The notes beneath the pieces were generated by a model. It made no database searches. It had not been told where the DNA came from and was given only the letters and a program-made list of their open reading frames with translations. From NCBI GenBank assembly GCA_043821365.1, contig JBDRCX010000006.1, forward strand, positions 640,001 through 704,000: a stretch of DNA of 64,000 bases. The letters are read 5' to 3'. Below, piece after piece: positions 30,801-39,079 of this stretch. The translations under genes and the position numbers were made by a program. The first letter of the stretch is position 1. Each line of letters opens with the position of its first letter. This DNA comes from Candidatus Micrarchaeota archaeon (GTDB lineage Archaea; Micrarchaeota; Micrarchaeia; Anstonellales; Bilamarchaeaceae).

Positions 30801-31378
30801 TTCCACACATAAACAATACTCCTTCCGTATCATGCAACAAGGACTCTCAATGTCTAGGAAGCCAAGCATGTCTTGGTGAAAGCTGCCAAGAACTAACTGG
30901 AATTTGCGGTTATGCAGCAAATCATAAATGGAATTATTACGACTGCTGTGATGATGCAGCCTGTGGCGAAGGTTATGGTTGCTTTAGTAATAGTTGTTAT
31001 CCAATCCCACAGCAAGAATGTTCAGTTGATGGAGATTGCAGCGAAGGACAAAAATGTGTGAATGGTTATTGTAAACAGCAAACCACAACTAACACATCAA
31101 CAATTCCAAAAGAATGTACAAAAGACAGTGAATGTGAAGCAGGCAAACTTTGCGTTAATTACCAATGTACTTCAATTGAAGTTCAACCAGATCAATGCTG
31201 TCCATTTGGTATTTGCGGTCCAAAAATATTTGGCGTCTGCTGGTACTATATAAATGTTTTAATATTGATTGTAATCTTATTAGGCATAACTGTACTATGG
31301 GGTGGCATGTCAATACATAATCACCACAAACCTCATCACAGACGTTACAAATACAAGAGGAGACACAAACATGAATAA
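27899..31378 (+). CDS. Surface protein paralogue 3 with an RCC1/BLIP-II-like seven-repeat propeller, Ig-like domains, Cys-rich repeats and TM anchor
   Basis: Same leader (start moved to 27899); seven HTCFLKANGSVQCQG repeats. Confidence 0.8.
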   Translation: MLNKKILALFVALAVVFVLVVIPSNALSVVWDYIVYNGTADAIDFQLNVSLENSEFVNIDDVKIFTNASGSWEEVPASLDWDYVQMGLTPSDGYGYGAYGYGYGDFVGPFLTSYLGYGGYGYAYGYDNGYRAVGGPGLILINGQFNATGIPPGKYYLKAVVIVNTPTGQHAFYSDVYDVTIPTLRFLHFTDNGVINRDYIKAMIDADDEYKNFTYYLYNDSGFVNKSYLASETVGVATGIAYTCFLKTNGSVQCQGYNPSGEANNYTGNDVVQVSAGYHHTCFLKANGSVQCQGQNGFGQSNNYSGNDAIQVTTQEYHTCFLKANGSVQCQGDNWDGRANNYTGNDVVQVSAGWYHTCFLKANGSVQCQGQNPDGGANNYFGNDVIQVSAGHQYTCFLKANRSVQCQGYNDYGRANNYSGTDAIQISTNQDHMCILKANGSVQCQGQNDSGSTDPYIGNDVIQVSAGEQHTCFLKANGSVQCQGDNDYGLANNYSGTDVQKAPFHVFNHLPEGRYYLNATACDLSGDCDSTETRTIIIDAIPPQEPVITFNHPYYGWTTNNNGSYNIDVIVNGTLSESIESIEFYLDSSTYGLQYLGDESLCSPVGLIYYCSFSPAAPGGGWAEDGYELWVEVEYGGYYDTDDSVYFIIDVTAPEIELYNPINEYNTSNTTPNSASILFNFSADDNMFDESECVIYVDGIVLSPPDEIITTDDPTMHWQGFGLPTSEGKHEWYLNCTDKADNWNISETRNFTIDSIPPHITMNAPTDGYEKNFTDVVQLNVTVTDNLADQLNCSWMINGVEVSLGLVANDSILNLTRSNEPYEGKYYWNMTCIDEIGNQNTSETWYYLINDSTAPTVNLISPATGYSTTDRTPTMEFNFTDPYSPTAVCTLYVGGTAKGSKTVDNATNDEITSTTLSVGSYTWYISCTDLGDNVGNSSTRSITINSVPGQGGGGGGSGSVDTDRNTTIPHINNTPSVSCNKDSQCLGSQACLGESCQELTGICGYAANHKWNYYDCCDDAACGEGYGCFSNSCYPIPQQECSVDGDCSEGQKCVNGYCKQQTTTNTSTIPKECTKDSECEAGKLCVNYQCTSIEVQPDQCCPFGICGPKIFGVCWYYINVLILIVILLGITVLWGGMSIHNHHKPHHRRYKYKRRHKHE
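28625..29400 (+). repeat. Seven intragenic tandem repeats of 114 nt (38 aa), RCC1-like
   Basis: Unit starts at 28625, 28739, 28853, 28967, 29081, 29195 and 29309 (exact 114-nt spacing). Confidence 0.9.
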
Positions 31379-32774
31379 ATCTTTGATTTTTTTATTCTTA
31401 TTAATTGGAATATATCTGGCAAGTGCTGAAGAGTACGAGCACCCATTATTTGCAACTTCCTATGCAAATGCTAATGATAATGTGACGTTATATCGTTTTA
31501 GGATTTTGAATAATGAAACTACTCAAACATTGCCATTTAGGGTTTGGCTTACCAGTGATATGAATTGGTTTGATCCGTCAATATTTAGCTATGCACTACA
31601 ACCTGATGGTTCGGATCAAGGTAAACCATACTGGGACTTACCACCAATATATCCAAATGAAAGCTCTGAAATTTCTTTTACAGTAAATAGGACTGTTGGG
31701 CTCCCAGACAGAATATCAGTTTCCACACAACAAATAGATAGATGGAGTGGAGAATGTAGTGATTTTGCACCATATAATGGTTCAAGTTCATCAAAAGTGA
31801 AAATACAAACCTATCTTCAGTCATTAAACAAATCCGGAAATGTTACACTTTATTATGAAGAAGGGGATTATGCAATCGCATATCTTGAATACTACAAAAC
31901 ATATGCAGTTTTCACCATAAATAATATCACGATGGTGGATGATGAAACTATAATCTCAAGTTTAGCATCAAATTATACTAAAAAAGTAGCAACTCCTGTT
32001 TCTGTAGATTTATCTGAAATAACTTCAGCATTTGAAGGATCAGTTACTTTGAAAGCAGATGCAGAAGCAGAATGTTATCGGATAAGCGGTATGGATAGAA
32101 ATCCATGTGTTGACCGTGATAGTTGTCTTTATGCCTGTTTCTCAGTTCCAGTGTGTTCCAATATAGGTCAAGTTGGCTGGGATTTTATGGACACACTATT
32201 AGACTTTAATCAAACAGTATCAACTACCAATTTAAAGCTAGATCAAATGATAGTATCAAGTGCTGATTTTGAAAACTCTCCAACATATGAAAAAGCAGAA
32301 GCATTATTGGAAGAGATGATTGACCTTAACAGGCAAGAAACTGAGGTCATCTATCATCCACTTTACATATCATATGGTTTTTGTCCTCCTGCAGAATATG
32401 GGATTCCCCAACAATTAGGTGCAAGAAGAATATTACTAGATTATTTAGAAGAAAATTGTATTTATGGTAAGGAAAACTTTATTGTAGAAGAAAGTTTACA
32501 CACTGCTGAAGTTTTAGCACCTCCAAAGCCAAAACCACCAGTCAATGTTAATCAAACAATTAATACGTCAACAAATACCTCCATTCCAAATGTAACGATT
32601 ACTAATAATACTATTCAGAACACCTCTCAGAATACAACTGAATGCTGCATTGGCAGTATTTGTTCAATCGGGGGGGTAAAAACAATTGCAGGAATCTGTT
32701 GGCAGTGGGCAACAATAGGAGTTGTTCTAATTTTGGCAATCGTCTTCTATATAACAAAACCAAAAAGAAGATAA
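31371..32774 (+). CDS. Secreted, C-terminally anchored hypothetical protein
   Basis: Signal peptide MNKSLIFLFLLIGIYLASA; Cys cluster; Thr/Asn linker; C-terminal TM like those of the upstream paralogues. Confidence 0.7.
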   Translation: MNKSLIFLFLLIGIYLASAEEYEHPLFATSYANANDNVTLYRFRILNNETTQTLPFRVWLTSDMNWFDPSIFSYALQPDGSDQGKPYWDLPPIYPNESSEISFTVNRTVGLPDRISVSTQQIDRWSGECSDFAPYNGSSSSKVKIQTYLQSLNKSGNVTLYYEEGDYAIAYLEYYKTYAVFTINNITMVDDETIISSLASNYTKKVATPVSVDLSEITSAFEGSVTLKADAEAECYRISGMDRNPCVDRDSCLYACFSVPVCSNIGQVGWDFMDTLLDFNQTVSTTNLKLDQMIVSSADFENSPTYEKAEALLEEMIDLNRQETEVIYHPLYISYGFCPPAEYGIPQQLGARRILLDYLEENCIYGKENFIVEESLHTAEVLAPPKPKPPVNVNQTINTSTNTSIPNVTITNNTIQNTSQNTTECCIGSICSIGGVKTIAGICWQWATIGVVLILAIVFYITKPKRR

Positions 32775-32777
32775 ATT

Positions 32778-33617
32778 GTGATTAGTGTGGAATTCGATGA
32801 AGACTTAGCAGCTATTCATGCTTATTTGTGTGCAGACGGTTATGTTATAAAAAACCCACCCTCCCAGAAACACAAGTATTACCACATTGGTCTTAGAAAT
32901 ACTAATTATGTTTTGTTGGAGGATTTTCAAAAAAGATTTTATCGATACTTTGGCATAACTCCCATCATAAAATTTGGGAGAGCGAAGATACAGAATAAAT
33001 TGATATATGAAAAACTGACTGAACGTTATACTTATTATTCTGATAAATGGAATATGCCAAAATTAAATAAGAAATATCTAAGTTATTGGCTCAGGGCATA
33101 TTTTGATTGTGATGGTTGGGTCTACGTTCTTAAGGCTAAGAATAGAAAAATAAGTTTAGATTCGATCAATCACACTGGTCTTTTAGAGATACAAAATTCA
33201 CTCTTCAAAACTTTTCTCATTAAATCTATCATTAAAAAGAGGAAAAATAGACATATTTGGTCATTGTCAATATTCGGTAAAGATAATATTGAGAGATTTG
33301 CTAAAAACATTGGATTTTTGCACCCAAAAAAGAAGAAAAAACTAAATGAAGCCATTCTCTCCTATGTGGATTATAATTGGTTAATCCCAGAAAACAAACC
33401 AGCATTGATCAAGTTTATAAAAACCAGAGGGAGATTGTCTAAAAAAAGAGGGCAGGTTAGATTTAATTCTATTTTAAAAACTAATTTGTCTCGATTTAAA
33501 TCAATTCTTAATAAATTCGGTACCAAATCAATTATATCTAAAAAGTTCTTTAATGGTAATAAAAACGGATACTATACATTATCAATCAAGTTGAATGATA
33601 TAGATAAATGGAGGTAA
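32778..33617 (+). CDS. Free-standing LAGLIDADG-family endonuclease-like protein
   Basis: Two motifs: LAAIHAYLCADGYV and WLRAYFDCDGWV; no intein splice motifs. Confidence 0.75.
   Translation: MISVEFDEDLAAIHAYLCADGYVIKNPPSQKHKYYHIGLRNTNYVLLEDFQKRFYRYFGITPIIKFGRAKIQNKLIYEKLTERYTYYSDKWNMPKLNKKYLSYWLRAYFDCDGWVYVLKAKNRKISLDSINHTGLLEIQNSLFKTFLIKSIIKKRKNRHIWSLSIFGKDNIERFAKNIGFLHPKKKKKLNEAILSYVDYNWLIPENKPALIKFIKTRGRLSKKRGQVRFNSILKTNLSRFKSILNKFGTKSIISKKFFNGNKNGYYTLSIKLNDIDKWR
33610..33615 (+). promoter_or_regulatory. Shine-Dalgarno GGAGGT for rtcB
   Basis: 6 nt upstream of ATG 33622, inside the end of the upstream gene. Confidence 0.6.
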
Positions 33618-33621
33618 CTGA

Positions 33622-36547
33622 ATGGGATTTGGAAAAAATATCAAAAAACCCAATTTCAAAAAAATAAGCGATTACATCTGGGAAATTGGAACCGATTATA
33701 AAGAAGGAATGAAAGTTCCAGCCAGGATATATGCTAGTAAAAATATCCTTGATCAGATGGACATGAACGTCTATGATCAGGTTACAAATGTTGCAACTTT
33801 ACCAGGTATTGTGAACTACGCCTATTGCATGCCCGACGGCCACATTTCTTTTGATTAAAAAGAAAGGCAAATCCGGGTATGGATTTCCAATAGGTGGAGT
33901 TGCTGCCATGGACATTAATGAAAATGGAGTAATTTCACCAGGTGGTATTGGATTCGACATTAATTGTGTCCATCCAGATACTAAAATACTTGCAGAATAT
34001 GGCTATTATAAAAAAATAAAGGATTTTCAAGATGATTTCTCTGAGGAAAGATTATCCTGTATGGATTTGGCAGATAATAAAAAGAAATCTGCAAATCCCA
34101 TACTAACTCTATGCAAAAAAGCAGATTCGCCAGTATTATCTATAAGAACAAAAACTGGTCAAGAAATACTAGTTTCTGCAGATCATCCCTTACTTTCGGA
34201 TAATGGTTTTAAGGAGGCCGGAGATCTAAAAGAAGGTGATAGTTTGCTTATCCATCCCTTTGTTGGTATTGAATATGAGGTTCCAAAAGATTATACAATA
34301 CTAGATGAAAAAGATGTAATCAATCTGGTCGGTAATAGAAAAAAATTAATTGCCAAACTAAAAGCAGAAGGTCTACTACCGCTAAAATCAAATTCAAAAA
34401 ATCTTCCAATTCTTGCAAAATTAGTTGGTTTTATAACTGGAGATGGGTGGGTAGGTTCTTATTATTCTAAAAAAAGAGCAATGGATATCTGGTCAACCAG
34501 AATAATCGGCAAACAGGAGGATTTGGAAAAAATACGGGAGGATCTTTTACAATTGGGGTACGAAACCAATTTTATCCGAACAAACAAATACTCCAGCAAA
34601 GTGAATCTCGAAGATGGAACTGATCGGGCAATAACAGGCGAATCAACACAATTGTATCTTAATTCTCAATCATTAAGTGTACTTCTTCATTTACTCGGAG
34701 TGCCTAAAGGTAATAAATCTAGAACTAAAACATCAATACCAAAATGGGTTAAACATGCACCATTATGGATAAAACGTTTATATCTGGCAGGATTATTTGG
34801 TGCCGAACTTAGTAAACCAGCTCAAAGAAAAAATGAAGAATTCAGCTTCATAGAGCCTAACTTTAGCCAAAATAAGATTGATAGTTTAAAACAGGACAAT
34901 CTTAATTTTATGTTAGATCTAACCAATCTGCTTCTGGATTTTGGGGTGAGAGTGAATAAGATATATGAACAGAAAGGAGTTGTGAATGTTAGGGGTGAGA
35001 GGACCCATAAGCTTGCATTAAGAATTTCTGCCAAACCTGAAAATCTTATTCGATTGTGGGGTACCATAGGTTATGAATATTGCCACGAAAGAACTGTGTG
35101 TTCAATGCTTGCTATTTCTTATTTGAACTATAAGGTTGCTGTTTTAGAAAAAACGGATGTAGAAAATGAGCAATCATCGGGAGCACAAAAAACAATTTCC
35201 CGAATTCGGATTGGTTCGTCATTTCCAACTTTCAAAGAATTTATCGAACAACATATTGTAAAAAATTCCGTATTCATAAAAGATGAAATATCAGACATCA
35301 AATTTTCAAATTATGGTGGATATGTTTACGACTTTACTATGAATGACAAAAACCATAATTTTATTGCAAATAATATCGTGTCTCATAATTGTGGAATGCG
35401 TATCATCCGTACAAACTTAACCTACAAGGATGTCCAGCCAAAATTAAGAGAACTAATTGATAAATTATTCAGAAGTGTACCAGCCGGAGTTGGAAGCAAA
35501 GGGTTTGTGAAATTAGATGCATCAACATTCAGAAAAGTAATTGAAGAAGGATCAGAATGGTGTATAGACCAAGGATATGGTTGGAAAGAAGATTTGGAAG
35601 TAACTGAATTAGGCGGTAGAGAAAAAGATGCAGATAATAGAACTGTAAGCGATAAAGCAGTTCAAAGGGGAAAAGACCAAATCGGTACATTGGGAAGCGG
35701 AAATCATTATCTAGAAATCCAAAGAGTTCTAGAAGAAAACATTATCGACAAGCAATTAGCTAAAAAGTGGGGTATTTTCCCAGATCAGATAGTTGTTATG
35801 TTCCACTGTGGAAGCAGAGGATTTGGTCATCAAGTTGCAACAGATTATCTTAATCTATTCCTAGATGTGATGAATTCAAAATATAAAATAAAAATATTAG
35901 ATAGAGAACTTGCATGTGCACCATTTAATTCTCCAGAAGGTCAGAATTATTTCTCTGGAATGAAATGTGCTATGAATATGAGTTTTGCCAACAGACAAAC
36001 AATTCTACATCAAGTAAGAAAGGTTTTTTCAGATGTATTTGCAACTGATGCTGAAAAACTTGGTTTGCATCAAATATACGACGTTTCACATAATCGCGCG
36101 TCAATTGAAAAACATGATGTTGACGGAACTATGAAAGAATTAATTGTACACAGAAAAGGTGCAACTGCGGCTTTTGGACCAAATAGGCCAGAAGTAACAG
36201 CAAAATACAGAGAGGATGGTCAGCCAGTTATTATTGGCGGTAGTATGGAAACTGGTTCATATTTGCTTGTTGGTGCAGAAACAGGTGCACAAACATGGTT
36301 TACAACTGCTCATGGCTCAGGAAGAACAATGAGCAGAACAGAAGCAAAAAGAAGGTATAGGGGAGACCAATTGCAAAAAGACATGGAACAACATGGTATT
36401 CTAGTGAAAACAAATTCACTGGCAGGACTTGCTGAAGAAGCAGGAGCTGCATACAAAGATATAGATGAAGTTATTGAATCTGCTCATTCTGCAGGTATCT
36501 CTAAAAAAGTTGTTAAGTTAATTCCAATAGCTAACGTGAAGGGCTAA
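33622..36547 (+). CDS. rtcB: RtcB RNA/tRNA-splicing ligase, join(33622..33843,33872..36547), containing an intein
   Basis: Joined ORF gives MPDGHSGYGFPIGG, GFDIN/CG, GSGNHYLE, HCGSRG, HRKGAT, HGSGR, EEAGAAYKD: 965-aa precursor, 490 aa after intein removal. Confidence 0.9.
33844..33871 (+). other. Putative 28-nt BHB-like mRNA intron in rtcB
   Basis: ATTTCTTTTGATTAAAAAGAAAGGCAAA holds an in-frame TAA and an 8-bp hairpin; removal restores frame and motif. Confidence 0.75.
33965..35389 (+). mobile_element. Intein (475 aa) with a LAGLIDADG homing endonuclease, inserted before the catalytic Cys of RtcB
   Basis: DIN|CVHPDT...IVSHN|CG junctions; block B SADHP; endonuclease motifs LVGFITGDG and YLAGLFGAE. 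Confidence 0.95.
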
Positions 36548-37475
36548 CTTCATGTTCCTGAGGATTTGGTCCCCCAGTGAACATTCCTAATTTTTTAATT
36601 AAATATTCTTTGCATACCAAATTGAATTCAGAATATGCAAAGGTTGATTTCATAATTGATGAATTTGATGGGCGGATGTTTTCAGAATTATAACTGCATC
36701 CTTTGAAATAACCAATTTCAAGATCACCTTCACCCTGCCCAACAAGATGGCCCCACCACTGTTCAGCAGTTGATTGGTTTGGTGCACAATTTGGATAGCC
36801 AGAAGCATTCTTTCCACCAGTATAGAAATACTCATCTTTCAAATCACCAAAACTATGGCCAAATTCATGAACAAGCATAGTTATGGAAAAAGGATCGAAT
36901 TTACCTTCTGAAGAGTATGAATGGGATAGGTATGCTTTGTTTGATCCCCATGAACCATAGGATTGGCAGTTGGCATTGCAAAGATAAATTGGGTATGTAT
37001 TGGGCAAATTACATGTTTTTTCAACATCACTTATGCAATAATAACTACAGTAATTATTTCCACTTATTTGGCTAGGTTCAGTAAGTAGTTGTGACGATGG
37101 AATATACCAAAAATTAAATCTATCTTTGTATAATGAAAATGGATCTATACCTAATAATCCATTGAAGATCATTGTTTTTGTTTCTTCAATAAGTTCAAAT
37201 CCTTCTTCAGTACGCAACCTATGTTTTTTTTCTATTGTAGTTGTGAGTCCAGTGCCATTAAAATCTACATAATATGGAAGTATGGTTACCATATCTTCTT
37301 GTGACATGTTGAATGCAACAAAAACAACATTGATTCTGTCGAGATCTGGATTATTGTGCCCAGGTATTATCTCAAGGCAAGTTTGGTCTTGGGCTATTAT
37401 CGTATTTTGTGTTAATAAAAATACAATTGCAATAACTACAACAATGATAGGTGGAACTAAATAAACTAATCTCAT
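36531..37475 (-). CDS. Membrane-anchored zinc metallopeptidase (M64-like)
   Basis: N-terminal TM; LVHEFGHSFGDLKDEY; RPSNSSIM. Confidence 0.75.
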   Translation of the reverse strand: MRLVYLVPPIIVVVIAIVFLLTQNTIIAQDQTCLEIIPGHNNPDLDRINVVFVAFNMSQEDMVTILPYYVDFNGTGLTTTIEKKHRLRTEEGFELIEETKTMIFNGLLGIDPFSLYKDRFNFWYIPSSQLLTEPSQISGNNYCSYYCISDVEKTCNLPNTYPIYLCNANCQSYGSWGSNKAYLSHSYSSEGKFDPFSITMLVHEFGHSFGDLKDEYFYTGGKNASGYPNCAPNQSTAEQWWGHLVGQGEGDLEIGYFKGCSYNSENIRPSNSSIMKSTFAYSEFNLVCKEYLIKKLGMFTGGPNPQEHEVSPSR

Positions 37476-37525
37476 GATTTATTATCAAGAATTAGATTAA
37501 ATACATTTTTGGTGAATTAGGATTC

Positions 37526-38398
37526 ATGAAAACTCCAGTAACAATAGTAACGGGATATCTTGGTTCTGGCAAAACCACTCTTCTTCGCAAAATTATTGGT
37601 GAAACAAAGAAAAAAATCGCCATTTTAATGAATGAATTTGGTAATATTGCTATCGACGGAAAAATAATCGAAGGAAAAAACATCAAAATCACAGAATTAG
37701 CAGGTGGTTGTGTCTGCTGTTCATTGGCAGGAGAACTAGAAGAGGCTATGAAAGAAATAATCAAAACAGTGAATCCAGATTGGATGATTGTTGAAACAAC
37801 TGGAGTAGCAGAACCTTCTGCTTTGGCATATGATGTAATGAAGAATATCGAAGGGGTTAGGTTGGATGCTATTGTTACGGTGGTTGATGCTGATGCTTTG
37901 GTTAAATTCACAAACCTAGGGCACACAGGTACCGAACAAATAGAACTTGCAGATGTTCTAATTGTCAACAAATCAGATCTAGTAACAAGAGAACAATTGG
38001 TTGGAATCAAACAAAAACTAACAACAATGAATTATAGGGCAATTCAGGTTGAAACCAGATATTGCCAGGTTGATCTTGATTTTATCTTTGGTGTTGAAAG
38101 AGAAGAAATACCAACATATACTCATGGGCATAGGCCAGAATTTCAATATTTTGATTTTGTTTCTGATAAAACATTCAATTATGAAAAACTAGAGAAGTTT
38201 TTTGAAGAACTTCCCAAAGAAATCTACAGAAGTAAAGGCTTTCTACTTACTGATAAAGGAACTTTTTTAGTAAATCATGTCGCCGGAAGAGTTGTTTTTG
38301 ATAGTTTTAAAACAGAAAAAAACGAATTGGTTTTCATCGGGAATAATATTAAACAACATGAAAAAGCAGTAAAACAAAAATTAGAACAATGTATTTAA
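37526..38398 (+). CDS. CobW/COG0523-family metallochaperone GTPase
   Basis: GYLGSGKTT, NEFG, GGCVCC, ETTG, NKSD; CobW_C domain. Confidence 0.9.
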   Translation: MKTPVTIVTGYLGSGKTTLLRKIIGETKKKIAILMNEFGNIAIDGKIIEGKNIKITELAGGCVCCSLAGELEEAMKEIIKTVNPDWMIVETTGVAEPSALAYDVMKNIEGVRLDAIVTVVDADALVKFTNLGHTGTEQIELADVLIVNKSDLVTREQLVGIKQKLTTMNYRAIQVETRYCQVDLDFIFGVEREEIPTYTHGHRPEFQYFDFVSDKTFNYEKLEKFFEELPKEIYRSKGFLLTDKGTFLVNHVAGRVVFDSFKTEKNELVFIGNNIKQHEKAVKQKLEQCI

Positions 38399-38418
38399 TT
38401 AGTTCCTAAAAAGAAATG

Positions 38419-38588
38419 TTTGGATGAACCAAAGCTTCGATGATCTGTTTGCCAAGCGTATGAGAAGCCGCGGTGACTGGTTGCGCTTTTTGAAAAACAA
38501 CATTGTTGCATGGCAACAATGTGCCAATTGTTCGACTTATCGAACAATAAGGAAGCGCGCAAAAATTGGTTTTGCTAATTTGTCCAAA
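38419..38588. ncRNA. Candidate structured RNA/DNA element containing a four-way-junction module (38483-38558)
   Basis: Perfect hairpins CATTGTTGC/GCAACAATG and TTGTTCGA/TCGAACAA inside GCGCTT/AAGCGC; outer TTTGGA/TCCAAA pairing. Confidence 0.5.
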
Positions 38589-38634
38589 TACAAAATAAAC
38601 AGGGTTTGAGGGACATCCCCTTGAGTGAACAAAT

Positions 38635-39066
38635 ATGCCTTACAAATTTATAGATGGAGTAACAATGGCTGATATTGCATTCGAAGCAACTGGGAAAAGT
38701 TTAGAAGAATTACTGGAAAGTTCGGGTCAGGCGTTAATGAATACCCAAGTGTCTGATTTGAAAAAAATAAAACCAAAAATAGAAAAAAAAATCGAGATGA
38801 AAAGCCAGAATGAAGAAAGATTGGTTCATGATTTTCTTCAGGAACTGATTTTTCTTAAAGATGCAGAACTTTTACTTGTAAGTAAGTATAAGATGAAAAT
38901 TTACAGAACAGAAGTTGGAATAATACTGAAAGCTGTTCTGAAAGGAGAACCAATCGACAATACAAGGCATGAAATGTTAGTCGATGTGAAGGCAGTTAGT
39001 TGGCACAAATTCGAAGTAAAAAGAGAAAATAAAATGTGGAAAGCATTTGTAATTTTGGATGTCTAA
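38635..39066 (+). CDS. Archease (RtcB cofactor)
   Basis: ADIAFEATGKSLEEL, LVHDFLQELIF, DVKAVSWH, FVILDV. Confidence 0.9.
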   Translation: MPYKFIDGVTMADIAFEATGKSLEELLESSGQALMNTQVSDLKKIKPKIEKKIEMKSQNEERLVHDFLQELIFLKDAELLLVSKYKMKIYRTEVGIILKAVLKGEPIDNTRHEMLVDVKAVSWHKFEVKRENKMWKAFVILDV

Positions 39067-39079
39067 TTAAAAAGTTTAT

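Noticed and set aside
33844-33871. Programmed frameshift as the explanation for split rtcB
   Set aside because: A frameshift would leave about 9 extra residues inside the conserved DxHxGYG motif, whereas exact excision restores it. Not formally excluded.
38424-38609. 61-aa ORF upstream of archease
   Set aside because: It coincides with the hairpin element, has no motif and is better explained as structured non-coding sequence.
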